Under the pieces are notes generated by a model. The model was not told the DNA's origin, made no database searches, and saw only the letters and a program-made list of their open reading frames with translations. DNA of 64,000 bases from Andalucia godoyi And28 (Eukaryota > Protista > Jakobida), in NCBI GenBank assembly GCA_009859145.1, contig VRVR01000042.1, positions 1-64,000 of the forward strand. The letters are read 5' to 3'. Position numbers and translations under genes: made by a program. Positions 10,310 through 18,745 of this stretch are shown here, piece by piece; position 1 is the first letter of the stretch, and every line of letters starts with the position of its first letter.

Positions 10310-11734
10310 ATGACGACGTTCGCGAGCCTTGGGATTCCAGAGCATCTTTCCCGGACGCTTTCGTCTCTCCATATTCGAGAGCCGACACCAATTCAGCAAC
10401 TTTCGATTCCGGCGATTCTGTCTGGCAGGAATGTGCTCGGCATTGCTCAGACAGGAAGTGGAAAGACTGCTGCGTTTGCGCTTCCAATTCTTCATAAGCT
10501 CTCAAAAGATCCGTATGGTGTCTTTGCGCTCATCTTGACACCGACAAGAGAACTTGCGTTTCAGATCTCCGAACAGGTCTCTGCGTTTGGGATTTCCATC
10601 AAGGCCCGCGTTACTGTGGTTACGGGAGGGCAGTCGATGAGCGATCAGGAAGGCGAGCTGGCGCAGAAGCCGCATTTTGTAGTCGCCACTCCCGGAAGGC
10701 TTCTGTGGTTGCTGAAACACACACAGCTGCGATTCAACAAACTGAAATATCTCGTTCTCGACGAAGCGGATCGCTTGTTGGATGACGCGGCAATGGGTCT
10801 TGAAGTTGATGAAATTCTGTCTTTTCTGAACGGACCGGAAACGAGACAGACGCTGTTCTTTTCGGCAACTTGCTCTACAGCCTTGAAGACTATTTCTGAT
10901 GAAGGGGGTTTCTTCTTCGCAGCCCCAACGGTTTCCCACTCGCTGAACGAAACGCTTGACGAATACTTTTGGCTGGCTCCTCAGAGCGTGAAGGACGCGT
11001 ACTTGGTAGCACTCCTTCGCAAGTTCCTGTCTCTGCACAAGGATAAAGGTGATGGTGAGAGCAAGGGCAAGGGCAAGGGCAAGGGCAAGGGCATGGGTAC
11101 GGACCGGAAATCAAGGAAATCCTCAGAGGCCGACGACTCCGAAGACGTTCCGAAGAATGATGTGGATCGAACGGTCGTTGTGTTTGTTGCAACTTGTCGA
11201 ACAGCCCAATTGCTTTACTATACGTTGCGCCATCTCGAAATCGATGCTGCTCCGTTGCATTCGCTGCTGAAACAGTCGCAGCGCATTGCTTCTCTTGGGA
11301 AATTCCGCTCGCTGCGAACTCGGATTTTGATCTGCACAGACGTTGCCTCGCGTGGACTGGACATTCCATCCGTGTCGCTCGTAGTCAACTATGATGTGCC
11401 ACCCGCAACCGAGGACTACGTGCATCGTGTGGGTCGAACTGCGCGTGCGGGTCGCCGCGGTACCGCCGTGTCTCTCGTAACTCAACACGATGTTGAGCGT
11501 GTTCAGGCAATCGAGGCGAAAACGGAACGCAAGCTTGAATCCCTCGAATCAAAGCCATTTCTGTTTCTCAAAGATGAAATCGTGGAGGATCAGATTGGCG
11601 AGGTCCTGGAAGCGAGGAAGAAGGCAAGATTGACCATGGTAGATGGTGGCTGGGACGAGAAAGTCGAAGAGGGCCGAGAACGAAAAAGAATTGCTCGTGA
11701 CGAGGTTCTTAGGCGCAAATCTACCAAGGCGTAG
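10310..11734 (+). CDS. DDX49: DEAD-box RNA helicase DDX49/Dbp8
   Basis: AQTGSGKTAAF, LSKDPYGVFALILTPTRELAFQISEQ, DEAD, SAT, RGLDIP, HRVGRTARAGR. Confidence 0.9.
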   Translation: MTTFASLGIPEHLSRTLSSLHIREPTPIQQLSIPAILSGRNVLGIAQTGSGKTAAFALPILHKLSKDPYGVFALILTPTRELAFQISEQVSAFGISIKARVTVVTGGQSMSDQEGELAQKPHFVVATPGRLLWLLKHTQLRFNKLKYLVLDEADRLLDDAAMGLEVDEILSFLNGPETRQTLFFSATCSTALKTISDEGGFFFAAPTVSHSLNETLDEYFWLAPQSVKDAYLVALLRKFLSLHKDKGDGESKGKGKGKGKGMGTDRKSRKSSEADDSEDVPKNDVDRTVVVFVATCRTAQLLYYTLRHLEIDAAPLHSLLKQSQRIASLGKFRSLRTRILICTDVASRGLDIPSVSLVVNYDVPPATEDYVHRVGRTARAGRRGTAVSLVTQHDVERVQAIEAKTERKLESLESKPFLFLKDEIVEDQIGEVLEARKKARLTMVDGGWDEKVEEGRERKRIARDEVLRRKSTKA

Positions 11735-11770
11735 TGTCGTAGTGTCGTAGTGTCGCAGTGTCGTGTTGTC
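11731..11770. repeat. 8-bp tandem repeat (GTAGTGTC) x5, degenerate
   Basis: Directly visible; the DDX49 stop codon lies in the first unit; followed by TATG/TATC repeats. Confidence 0.9.
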
Positions 11771-12344
11771 GTATGTATCTATGTATGTATCTATGTATGC
11801 ACTGAAGAAGATCGCATGATCGTATGATGACTGTGTACAAAAAAGAGTGCTCTTATTTAAAGAAGACCGGACAGAAATAGCGGGGGTGGGGAAAAAGTGG
11901 GTGACATTATTTATGCATCATTGATTAACCCCGGATCTCATAAAAGTTTGTTCGAAAGGGGTTCAGTAATAATGCAACATCATTCTCAAGTCTCTCACTA
12001 ATCAACATTCCACCACACAGGGAACATCAAAACTCTCGAGACCGTCAAAAGAAAGAAAGAAAGAAAGAAGAAGAAGAAGAAGAAGAAACTAAAAGACGGG
12101 GTATGCATGGAGCGTTTCTCCTTCTTTGTGAGTATGTTTTGTTTGTTTGAACGCGAAAAAAGCAAAGACGTTCGCCCACGGCGATCCTCGCATCACTTGA
12201 TGGTATTGGTCGGGGCAAGTGCAGGACTCTTTTTGGTTTTCTGGGTCGAATTGCATAGCAATATATAATTTGTGCAGTATATGTGGTTTATGTGGTTTAT
12301 GTTGTTTATTTATAATATTTTAATTTAATGGTTTTTTTTTTTAA

Positions 12345-13928
12345 ATGTCTGATTCTTTGCTGTCTGTATTCATCTCGTGTCTAGAGTCTGCTGATTGGGC
12401 TGGGGCGTTTGCAGCAAAGCTGTCGCTTACTCCATCATCAGCGAGCGCGAATGTGGCGTCCGTGACTACAAGCGTGAGTTCTGGGCTTGCGAACGCGGGA
12501 CGGTTGTCATTTTTGAAATCCAATCCACACTTCTTCATTCCTTTGCTTTCCGTTCTATACGAGTGGGAAGCGCCTTCTAAACAGCGCCGTGCCTTGTGGA
12601 CCGCTGTGCGAAGCCTAGTGTCTGCCATCCTCCTTCCCGAGCTCACGTTTGCCGTTGCTGATTGGCTGTCTGCGGCAAGTGGCGAGCTGCTTCAAAGTCA
12701 ATCGCTGGCATATGATGTCTTCTACCTTGCAGAATCTGCAAATGTTGTTTTAAATCGGTCGAATGATGCAGTCTTTGTTTCCTCCATTGCTCCAGATGTA
12801 ACTAAACAACTCTTCGTGACGCGCATCCTTTGGCTGAATCTTGCGGATCGTCTGTTTTCAGAATTCGACTGGGCTTTTGAACGAAATCCTCTTGGCTTGC
12901 CCCTGGATCCCCTGAACATCCTTCCTAACATCGAGGCTGCCGTCGCTTCTGGAGATGTGTCGGTGTCGCTGTTGCTCGACAAGGTGGAGTCCGATCTGCT
13001 GGCTGTTGAAACTGCCCCGGCGCCTCTAGCAGTCCCTCGAGACCCTTTGATAATGTCTTTTCCACTGGATCCGACAGCGCTGTCCATGAACGCAGACGTG
13101 CGCGTCATTCATGATGTGCTGGTGCTGTCGCATTTGTCGATCTTGTTCGATGATGAGAGTCCGAACGCGAAGCGCATCGTCGCATTGGTGGAGAAGTGCA
13201 AAAAGGAGCTGCACAAACGCAGCAAGAAGGCATTGGTAGACGGTTTTGTCGAAGTCTCCGCTGCCGAACTGAAACGACTCCGTAAAGGAGAGCGAAAAGA
13301 GAAAAGAGAAGCGATTTATGCATCCGAATTGGAAAATCGATCCAAGAATGTGCCCCCGGCTGGTGGAGTCGTCCAGTGGAAGTCGTCTTTGCAGGAATTG
13401 CATGCGAGGCAGCGCGCTCAGTCCGAGCATCTCACCAGAAACATGGTGTCTGCGGAGTTGTCGCAGTATTTCGGCGAGTCGCTCGCACTGGACTTTCGAC
13501 AGAATGCAGGTGGTGTGCCGAAAGCAGATGATTCGGAGCTGATGGAGGAGATGTATGTGGAAGACGATCTTCTGTCAGAGTTCATTCAGAAGGCCGACTC
13601 GGACTTGTCGTCGGGTATTGACGTGTCTGCGACCATCATCAAGGATGCGTCATTTATGTGGGGCTTCGCGCGCGTTGCCGTGGAATCTGGGCTGTCGACA
13701 GAGATCGGGAGCAAACCGTTTTCCTTTGATACGGTGCGAAATCTGTCTGTCTGGACTGGGAGTCGAGAAGACCCAGAAGCTGCTCCACAGGATGCGGATC
13801 CTCTGGATTCTTTCGATGAATCCACAGATGCGAATGTGAATACTGAAACAGATGTGGTGGATGACGTTGATGGGGAGCAAAACATGGAAGTTGCTGCGGA
13901 GCCAGAGAAGATCGAAATCGAGCAATAG
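12345..13928 (+). CDS. Hypothetical protein (527 aa)
   Basis: Long ATG ORF with helical N-half, charged coiled-coil middle and acidic tail; no recognised family. Confidence 0.85.
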   Translation: MSDSLLSVFISCLESADWAGAFAAKLSLTPSSASANVASVTTSVSSGLANAGRLSFLKSNPHFFIPLLSVLYEWEAPSKQRRALWTAVRSLVSAILLPELTFAVADWLSAASGELLQSQSLAYDVFYLAESANVVLNRSNDAVFVSSIAPDVTKQLFVTRILWLNLADRLFSEFDWAFERNPLGLPLDPLNILPNIEAAVASGDVSVSLLLDKVESDLLAVETAPAPLAVPRDPLIMSFPLDPTALSMNADVRVIHDVLVLSHLSILFDDESPNAKRIVALVEKCKKELHKRSKKALVDGFVEVSAAELKRLRKGERKEKREAIYASELENRSKNVPPAGGVVQWKSSLQELHARQRAQSEHLTRNMVSAELSQYFGESLALDFRQNAGGVPKADDSELMEEMYVEDDLLSEFIQKADSDLSSGIDVSATIIKDASFMWGFARVAVESGLSTEIGSKPFSFDTVRNLSVWTGSREDPEAAPQDADPLDSFDESTDANVNTETDVVDDVDGEQNMEVAAEPEKIEIEQ

Positions 13929-14095
13929 TCGAGTGGACCAGCTCGCCAGACAGGAGCATACGTTCACCTATAAATAACTGTCCGTCATGGATTTCTACCG
14001 GGTTTAGGATGTCGCTTTTTTTTATTTCGAACAGCCATCTGGTTTCAGACGCGCGTTCGGATTCAGGTTCAGGCTTTGGATTTCGGTGTGATTGG

Positions 14096-14665
14096 TCAAG
14101 CGGATTTGCGTGACGAAAACATGTCCCGCAGCTTGTCAAGCATACCTGCCAGCGGTCCTGCGACTGCTCCTCCAGTGAGCGGCTTCAGCGGAGCCCATGG
14201 ATGCGGATGAGTGGGCCCGATTGCCTTGGCAGCCTCTAAAGCAGTGTACATGGCACCCATCTGCGTATCTGACAGGTTGTTCTGCAGTTTCGGGAAAAGA
14301 TCGTGCTCCTCTTCCGCGATGTGGCTGTTAAAGGTTGCTTGAGCTTCGCTGACGAGACGGTCCAGTTTGTTAACGTCTCCCTTGACATTCTCGATCTCGT
14401 ACATCACATCACGTAACTTCTGATGGTCCTGCAGATAGTGGTCTGCGAGATTGCTGTCCATCATGACTCGAACAATCGGATACAATGCAGATGTCTCTGC
14501 AGTGTCATGCATTGTTGCTGCTCGAACGATCTGATCTGCGATCTCCTTTTTTTTTTCAAATCCTCCCGCGGCCTTGCCATACTGTCCGAACAGAGTTTTT
14601 AGCGCTGTGTGATCTTTCAACAGGTAGTCGACAGCATTGCGTGTGATTTTCGATCCGGTGTTCAT
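14096..14665 (-). CDS. Hemerythrin HHE cation-binding domain protein
   Basis: LLKDH, MHDTAE..LYP, QDHQKL, HIAEEEHDLFPKL, and the tail PTHPHPWAP...AGMLDKLRD. Confidence 0.9.
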   Translation of the reverse strand: MNTGSKITRNAVDYLLKDHTALKTLFGQYGKAAGGFEKKKEIADQIVRAATMHDTAETSALYPIVRVMMDSNLADHYLQDHQKLRDVMYEIENVKGDVNKLDRLVSEAQATFNSHIAEEEHDLFPKLQNNLSDTQMGAMYTALEAAKAIGPTHPHPWAPLKPLTGGAVAGPLAGMLDKLRDMFSSRKSA

Positions 14666-15274
14666 TTCTCAGCGGCTTTTGTCTTGCTGTGTTTTGTCGA
14701 TTCTGAACTTTGTTGGGTCTGTGACGCGATGATAATTTTTTTTTTTTTGTTTTGTTTGTTTTGGTTTGGTTTGTCGACAGAGAGATTGGAGAAGAAGAAG
14801 TAGCAGTTTACATTTGAGCGTTTTACCCGTCGAAACAACATGTGTATGTTGACCCGCCGATCCCCTCCGCCCTCCCATCATACAGTTACATGAGATGCGT
14901 AAAAATTGAAACTCACACTTGACGACTGTCCTGTTCAACAGAACTGTGCGAATCTTCAATCGCCGCCGCCTCCACTCGAACAGCCAATCCGTTTTGCTGA
15001 TTTTGCTGTGAACCGACGTTTCGTGATGCAGCGTCGTCTGCTGTAAAGCGCAAAGACGAACTCCCCCCATGCAAAATACACGCTCTTGCCTGTCGTACAT
15101 ACTTCCCCTTTTGAGTCTCTCCCAGATTTCGATTTTCTTCCCCAAAGTCGTCTTTCGTTTTTTGCTCCGTTTTCTCGTCTTTCTTTTTGTGCACTTTTTC
15201 TTCTCGAAGACAGCTGCTCAATCTGGTTTCTTTTTGTTTCAACAAAGAAGGAAGGGTGGAAGAAGCAAATAATC

Positions 15275-15448
15275 ATGTTTACGACTGGCTTGACAGCGTT
15301 CTTGGGAGGACTTGGAATTGGAGCCATTGGTGGATACTATATGCTGCATCAGGACATCTGGACGTCAGCGAGTCAGGTCCACGCACGGATTGAAAAGGTG
15401 AACCGCGAGCTATCTGATCGCATTGCACAGCTGGAGAAGCGATCCTAG
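15275..15448 (+). CDS. 57-aa single-TM plus coiled-coil microprotein
   Basis: MFTTGLTAFLGGLGIGAIGGYYMLHQDIW...ELSDRIAQLEKRS; ATG in an A-rich context like neighbouring genes; occupies its own intergenic slot. Confidence 0.7.
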   Translation: MFTTGLTAFLGGLGIGAIGGYYMLHQDIWTSASQVHARIEKVNRELSDRIAQLEKRS

Positions 15449-15819
15449 ACGCAGTTGCAAAGGGCCTCTTCATCTCCATCGGTCGTTGCATAGTGCATTG
15501 TTAGAACAAAAATTGCTATTCTTTATATATACTTTTTTTTTAATATGTAAACATACGTATTTTCTGTCTGCTTTGATGCGGATCATTTTATGATCTCTTT
15601 TTATATATATAAATAATAAAGAAAAAGGAAAAAGAAGAAAAATATCAAAGCAAGTGAGCAATAATTTTAAATTTTTTAAAAAAAGTAAAAACGTCATAGA
15701 AACTGAATGGCTCGACTTGATTTTTTTAACATGACACACGGATGAAGAAGATCAAACGCGGACATCATACCCGTATCCAGAAGGGGGAGATGCGAACAAG
15801 GCGATTGAACAACTTTTTC

Positions 15820-18318
15820 TCACTCTTTGTCTTCGTTGCCTCCACATTCCCCGTTCTGGCTTTCGTTCTCGTTCTCGTTCTCGTTCTCATCGTTGTCGTC
15901 GTTGTCGATCTCCGGCTCCTCCTCTTCATCTTCCGCGTCACCAACACTGTCACCCTTGCTTTCACCTACGTCGTACAGATCAATGGTCTTGCGCAGGATA
16001 ACAGGCCCGCCTCCATACGTCCTGAGCAAGTATCCCCATACTTTTTCATTGATTCCGCGGAAATCCCGAGTGACTTTGTACTTCTTCTTGGTATCCAGCA
16101 GAAATTCATTCTCGATCGGGCCTGGTGGAAGAATTCGTTCGCCAGACACAAACGCACGCCATTCCGCGATCCAGGGCGAAGAAATCAAATACCAACTCGA
16201 ACCTTTCGAAATCTTTGTAGAGTCCAGCTGCTGAATATCCGCCAGCTCCTTCTCTCGTCGACGCTCAAGGACCACGCACTCTGAACACTGCTCGCCCTCC
16301 GATACGACATCTTTGATTTCGGGGCCGCCACCAAACCGCTCCAGAAACGAGTGGAACTGCGACGCATCCATACGCATGAAGTGCCGTTTTGCAATGTCAA
16401 TGCCCAAACGACCATGAGGGCAAGTATAGGCAAAATTCCGAATGCCTGCCGCACACACATTCGGGCAAGTTCGGAGCGTGTGAAGAAAGTCTCGAGGAAC
16501 CAAGGAATCACCGGGAAGCAGCGAGGATGGCAGCGACTCTGCATACCCGTCGCACGGTTGGAGTTCATATACAAGGACATAGCCTTCCGAACCGAGGACG
16601 CGATCCGGGGAAATGGAGGAAACGGAGGAATCATCGCACTGAAACCACCCGTGTGGATACCGGTAGCTCATGGCAGTGTAGTGTCCTCCTCCAGTACCCC
16701 CATGGTGATTCACGACTCCAATCAGCTTGTAAGTTGCATGCAGGCCGTCATCCGCAGAGTCGGCAGGCGAAGACCGTCCGTACAGATACGGAGACATATC
16801 CAAGGACATTGAGAAGGCGACGGTATCTTTGATCTTCGAGGACGTAAATCCACGAAATTCAAAACGCTTGAGATGAATCATGAGAATGTTGGGGAGCGGG
16901 GCGAGCAATGAAAAACGCTTCAACGCCTTCTGCGGCGACTTGCATTTTTCACACTTGTACGCATTCTTGCCTTCCAGCGTGTCCATTGCGAAAAAGGAAT
17001 CAAGGCACGACTGCAAAGTCACGGACGACGAAGATGAAAACGAAAACCAGGACTTCGACCGACCAGCTCCCGATGATGACGGAATGGAAAGAGAAATATC
17101 CAGGAAGTCGTCGACCGTGTGAGAAGCATGCTGGCAATTGCAACACGTTACGGATGACAAGAGCTTCCCTCCAAAGACATCTCGAACGATGCTCAGCTTG
17201 ATGCGTTTCCGGTCACCCACCACAGCACGTCGAACATCAGAAGGGATGCACTCTGCATGGGCCGCGTAGCGCAAAAAGTCGGCGGCAGAAACTGGACGAC
17301 AAATCTCCTCATCAATGTTATCGAGGAAACAACGAATCAGTTCCTGTGAATCCTGCTGCGAGTAACCTCGAAACGACGGATTGATTGCCTTGATCGCGTG
17401 AACCACGGCAGCTGGAGAGACGGTTCCCTTTCCAGAGCGCTGCATCTCTGCGCAGAAGCCAGCCCATGCCCACACAAGTCGAAACCGATTTTCATTCCTC
17501 GGCTCAATGGGCAGCACCGAGTTCTTGCTGCTGTCATTGTAGTGCTGCTTCGATCCGCTCTTTGCAATCCGCTCGTTGCCTTGATTGTGCATTCCCCCGG
17601 CACGGCCCGAGACATCGCTATCGAGCGACGAAAAATATGATGTGAATGCTCGGCAAGCCAAAAGCACCTGCAATGCAGAGTTCAAATAGCAAGTATTTCC
17701 AAGGTTAGGCAAGCCTCGGCAGGAAAGAGATGCCAGAGTGGGAAAGGTAAACGTAGTCAGGTCAAGAAGTGGAACTTCATCGTGGATATCCCTCTCGCCG
17801 TCGCCGTTGTCGCTATCGCCGTCGCCGTTGCCGCCATTGTCGCTCGTGCGATGAGCATCGTCATCATGACTATGACGCTGGTGATTGCCGTGATGTCGGT
17901 GATTCTGATGAGGTCCTTGGTCATGAGGAGTTGGAGATGGAGACTCTGGCAGCACGATATGTGGCCATAGCGACTTCCAGAGGTTTGCGGCAACCACGCT
18001 GTCCAGTTGAGACAGGATGGACTCGATGGGCGGCTCATCATCGCACGCAAAGCACCAAGTTTCCGGAGACGATACTCTGACAACTACTGGATGCTTGGTC
18101 TTCTCACTATGATGAAGCGCGTGCCTCTGAACCGATCGCGAGCATCCAACATGCAGACACGAAACGCACATCCACAAATCATCGAACGACGACGTACACG
18201 AAGACCCCGCAGCACATGTCGTTTGGTGAGACTGGATATTCCGGACGCATGTTGACTCGGACTTCAACAGCTCAGAAAAACGAGTCAGAACCGCGGGCGA
18301 TGCGTGAGGACAACTCAT
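15820..18318 (-). CDS. Ubiquitin-specific protease, USP20/USP33-like
   Basis: zf-UBP (LWMCVSCLHVGCSR..HA..H), Cys box GLPNLGNTCYLNSALQ, QQDSQE, His box HHGGTGGGHYTA, C-terminal DUSP (WYLISSPWIAEW..PPGPIEN). Confidence 0.93.
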   Translation of the reverse strand: MSCPHASPAVLTRFSELLKSESTCVRNIQSHQTTCAAGSSCTSSFDDLWMCVSCLHVGCSRSVQRHALHHSEKTKHPVVVRVSSPETWCFACDDEPPIESILSQLDSVVAANLWKSLWPHIVLPESPSPTPHDQGPHQNHRHHGNHQRHSHDDDAHRTSDNGGNGDGDSDNGDGERDIHDEVPLLDLTTFTFPTLASLSCRGLPNLGNTCYLNSALQVLLACRAFTSYFSSLDSDVSGRAGGMHNQGNERIAKSGSKQHYNDSSKNSVLPIEPRNENRFRLVWAWAGFCAEMQRSGKGTVSPAAVVHAIKAINPSFRGYSQQDSQELIRCFLDNIDEEICRPVSAADFLRYAAHAECIPSDVRRAVVGDRKRIKLSIVRDVFGGKLLSSVTCCNCQHASHTVDDFLDISLSIPSSSGAGRSKSWFSFSSSSSVTLQSCLDSFFAMDTLEGKNAYKCEKCKSPQKALKRFSLLAPLPNILMIHLKRFEFRGFTSSKIKDTVAFSMSLDMSPYLYGRSSPADSADDGLHATYKLIGVVNHHGGTGGGHYTAMSYRYPHGWFQCDDSSVSSISPDRVLGSEGYVLVYELQPCDGYAESLPSSLLPGDSLVPRDFLHTLRTCPNVCAAGIRNFAYTCPHGRLGIDIAKRHFMRMDASQFHSFLERFGGGPEIKDVVSEGEQCSECVVLERRREKELADIQQLDSTKISKGSSWYLISSPWIAEWRAFVSGERILPPGPIENEFLLDTKKKYKVTRDFRGINEKVWGYLLRTYGGGPVILRKTIDLYDVGESKGDSVGDAEDEEEEPEIDNDDNDENENENENESQNGECGGNEDKE

Positions 18319-18745
18319 GAACTGGCTTCGAATGACGCTGGTTCTTCGGCTGTCAGTTGGATTTGTTGAATTGGTTTGTCCGTTTTTCTTTTTGGTTTTG
18401 TTTGTTTGGTGCGTGTAGTCTGCGGCTGCGACCGTGGGTGAAGGTTTTCTTAATGCGCTGAGCCTTCGTTACCCGTACGTAAAGCAGTCAAGCTGTTCGA
18501 ATAATCGTCGTAATCGTTAAAATAATGGGGGCAAAAAAAACTTGTTAATTGAGCGTAATTTTGTACAAATGGGGAATTATCGTGGGGAACACAAAGTCGA
18601 AATGGAGCGAAAACGGGGCCGGGTATCGTGCGCGTGCTATTGTGCAATGTATTTTTCCCGCCCACTGCGGATGTGAGCAGTTGGACAGGAGAGCGTGGGC
18701 ACGAGAGCCTGCGAGGGCGATGGCGAGGACGATGGCGAGGGCAAG

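Noticed and set aside
11731-11770. Possible CRISPR-like array
   Set aside because: 8-bp units with no spacers; a simple tandem repeat. No CRISPR array or cas gene is seen in the window.
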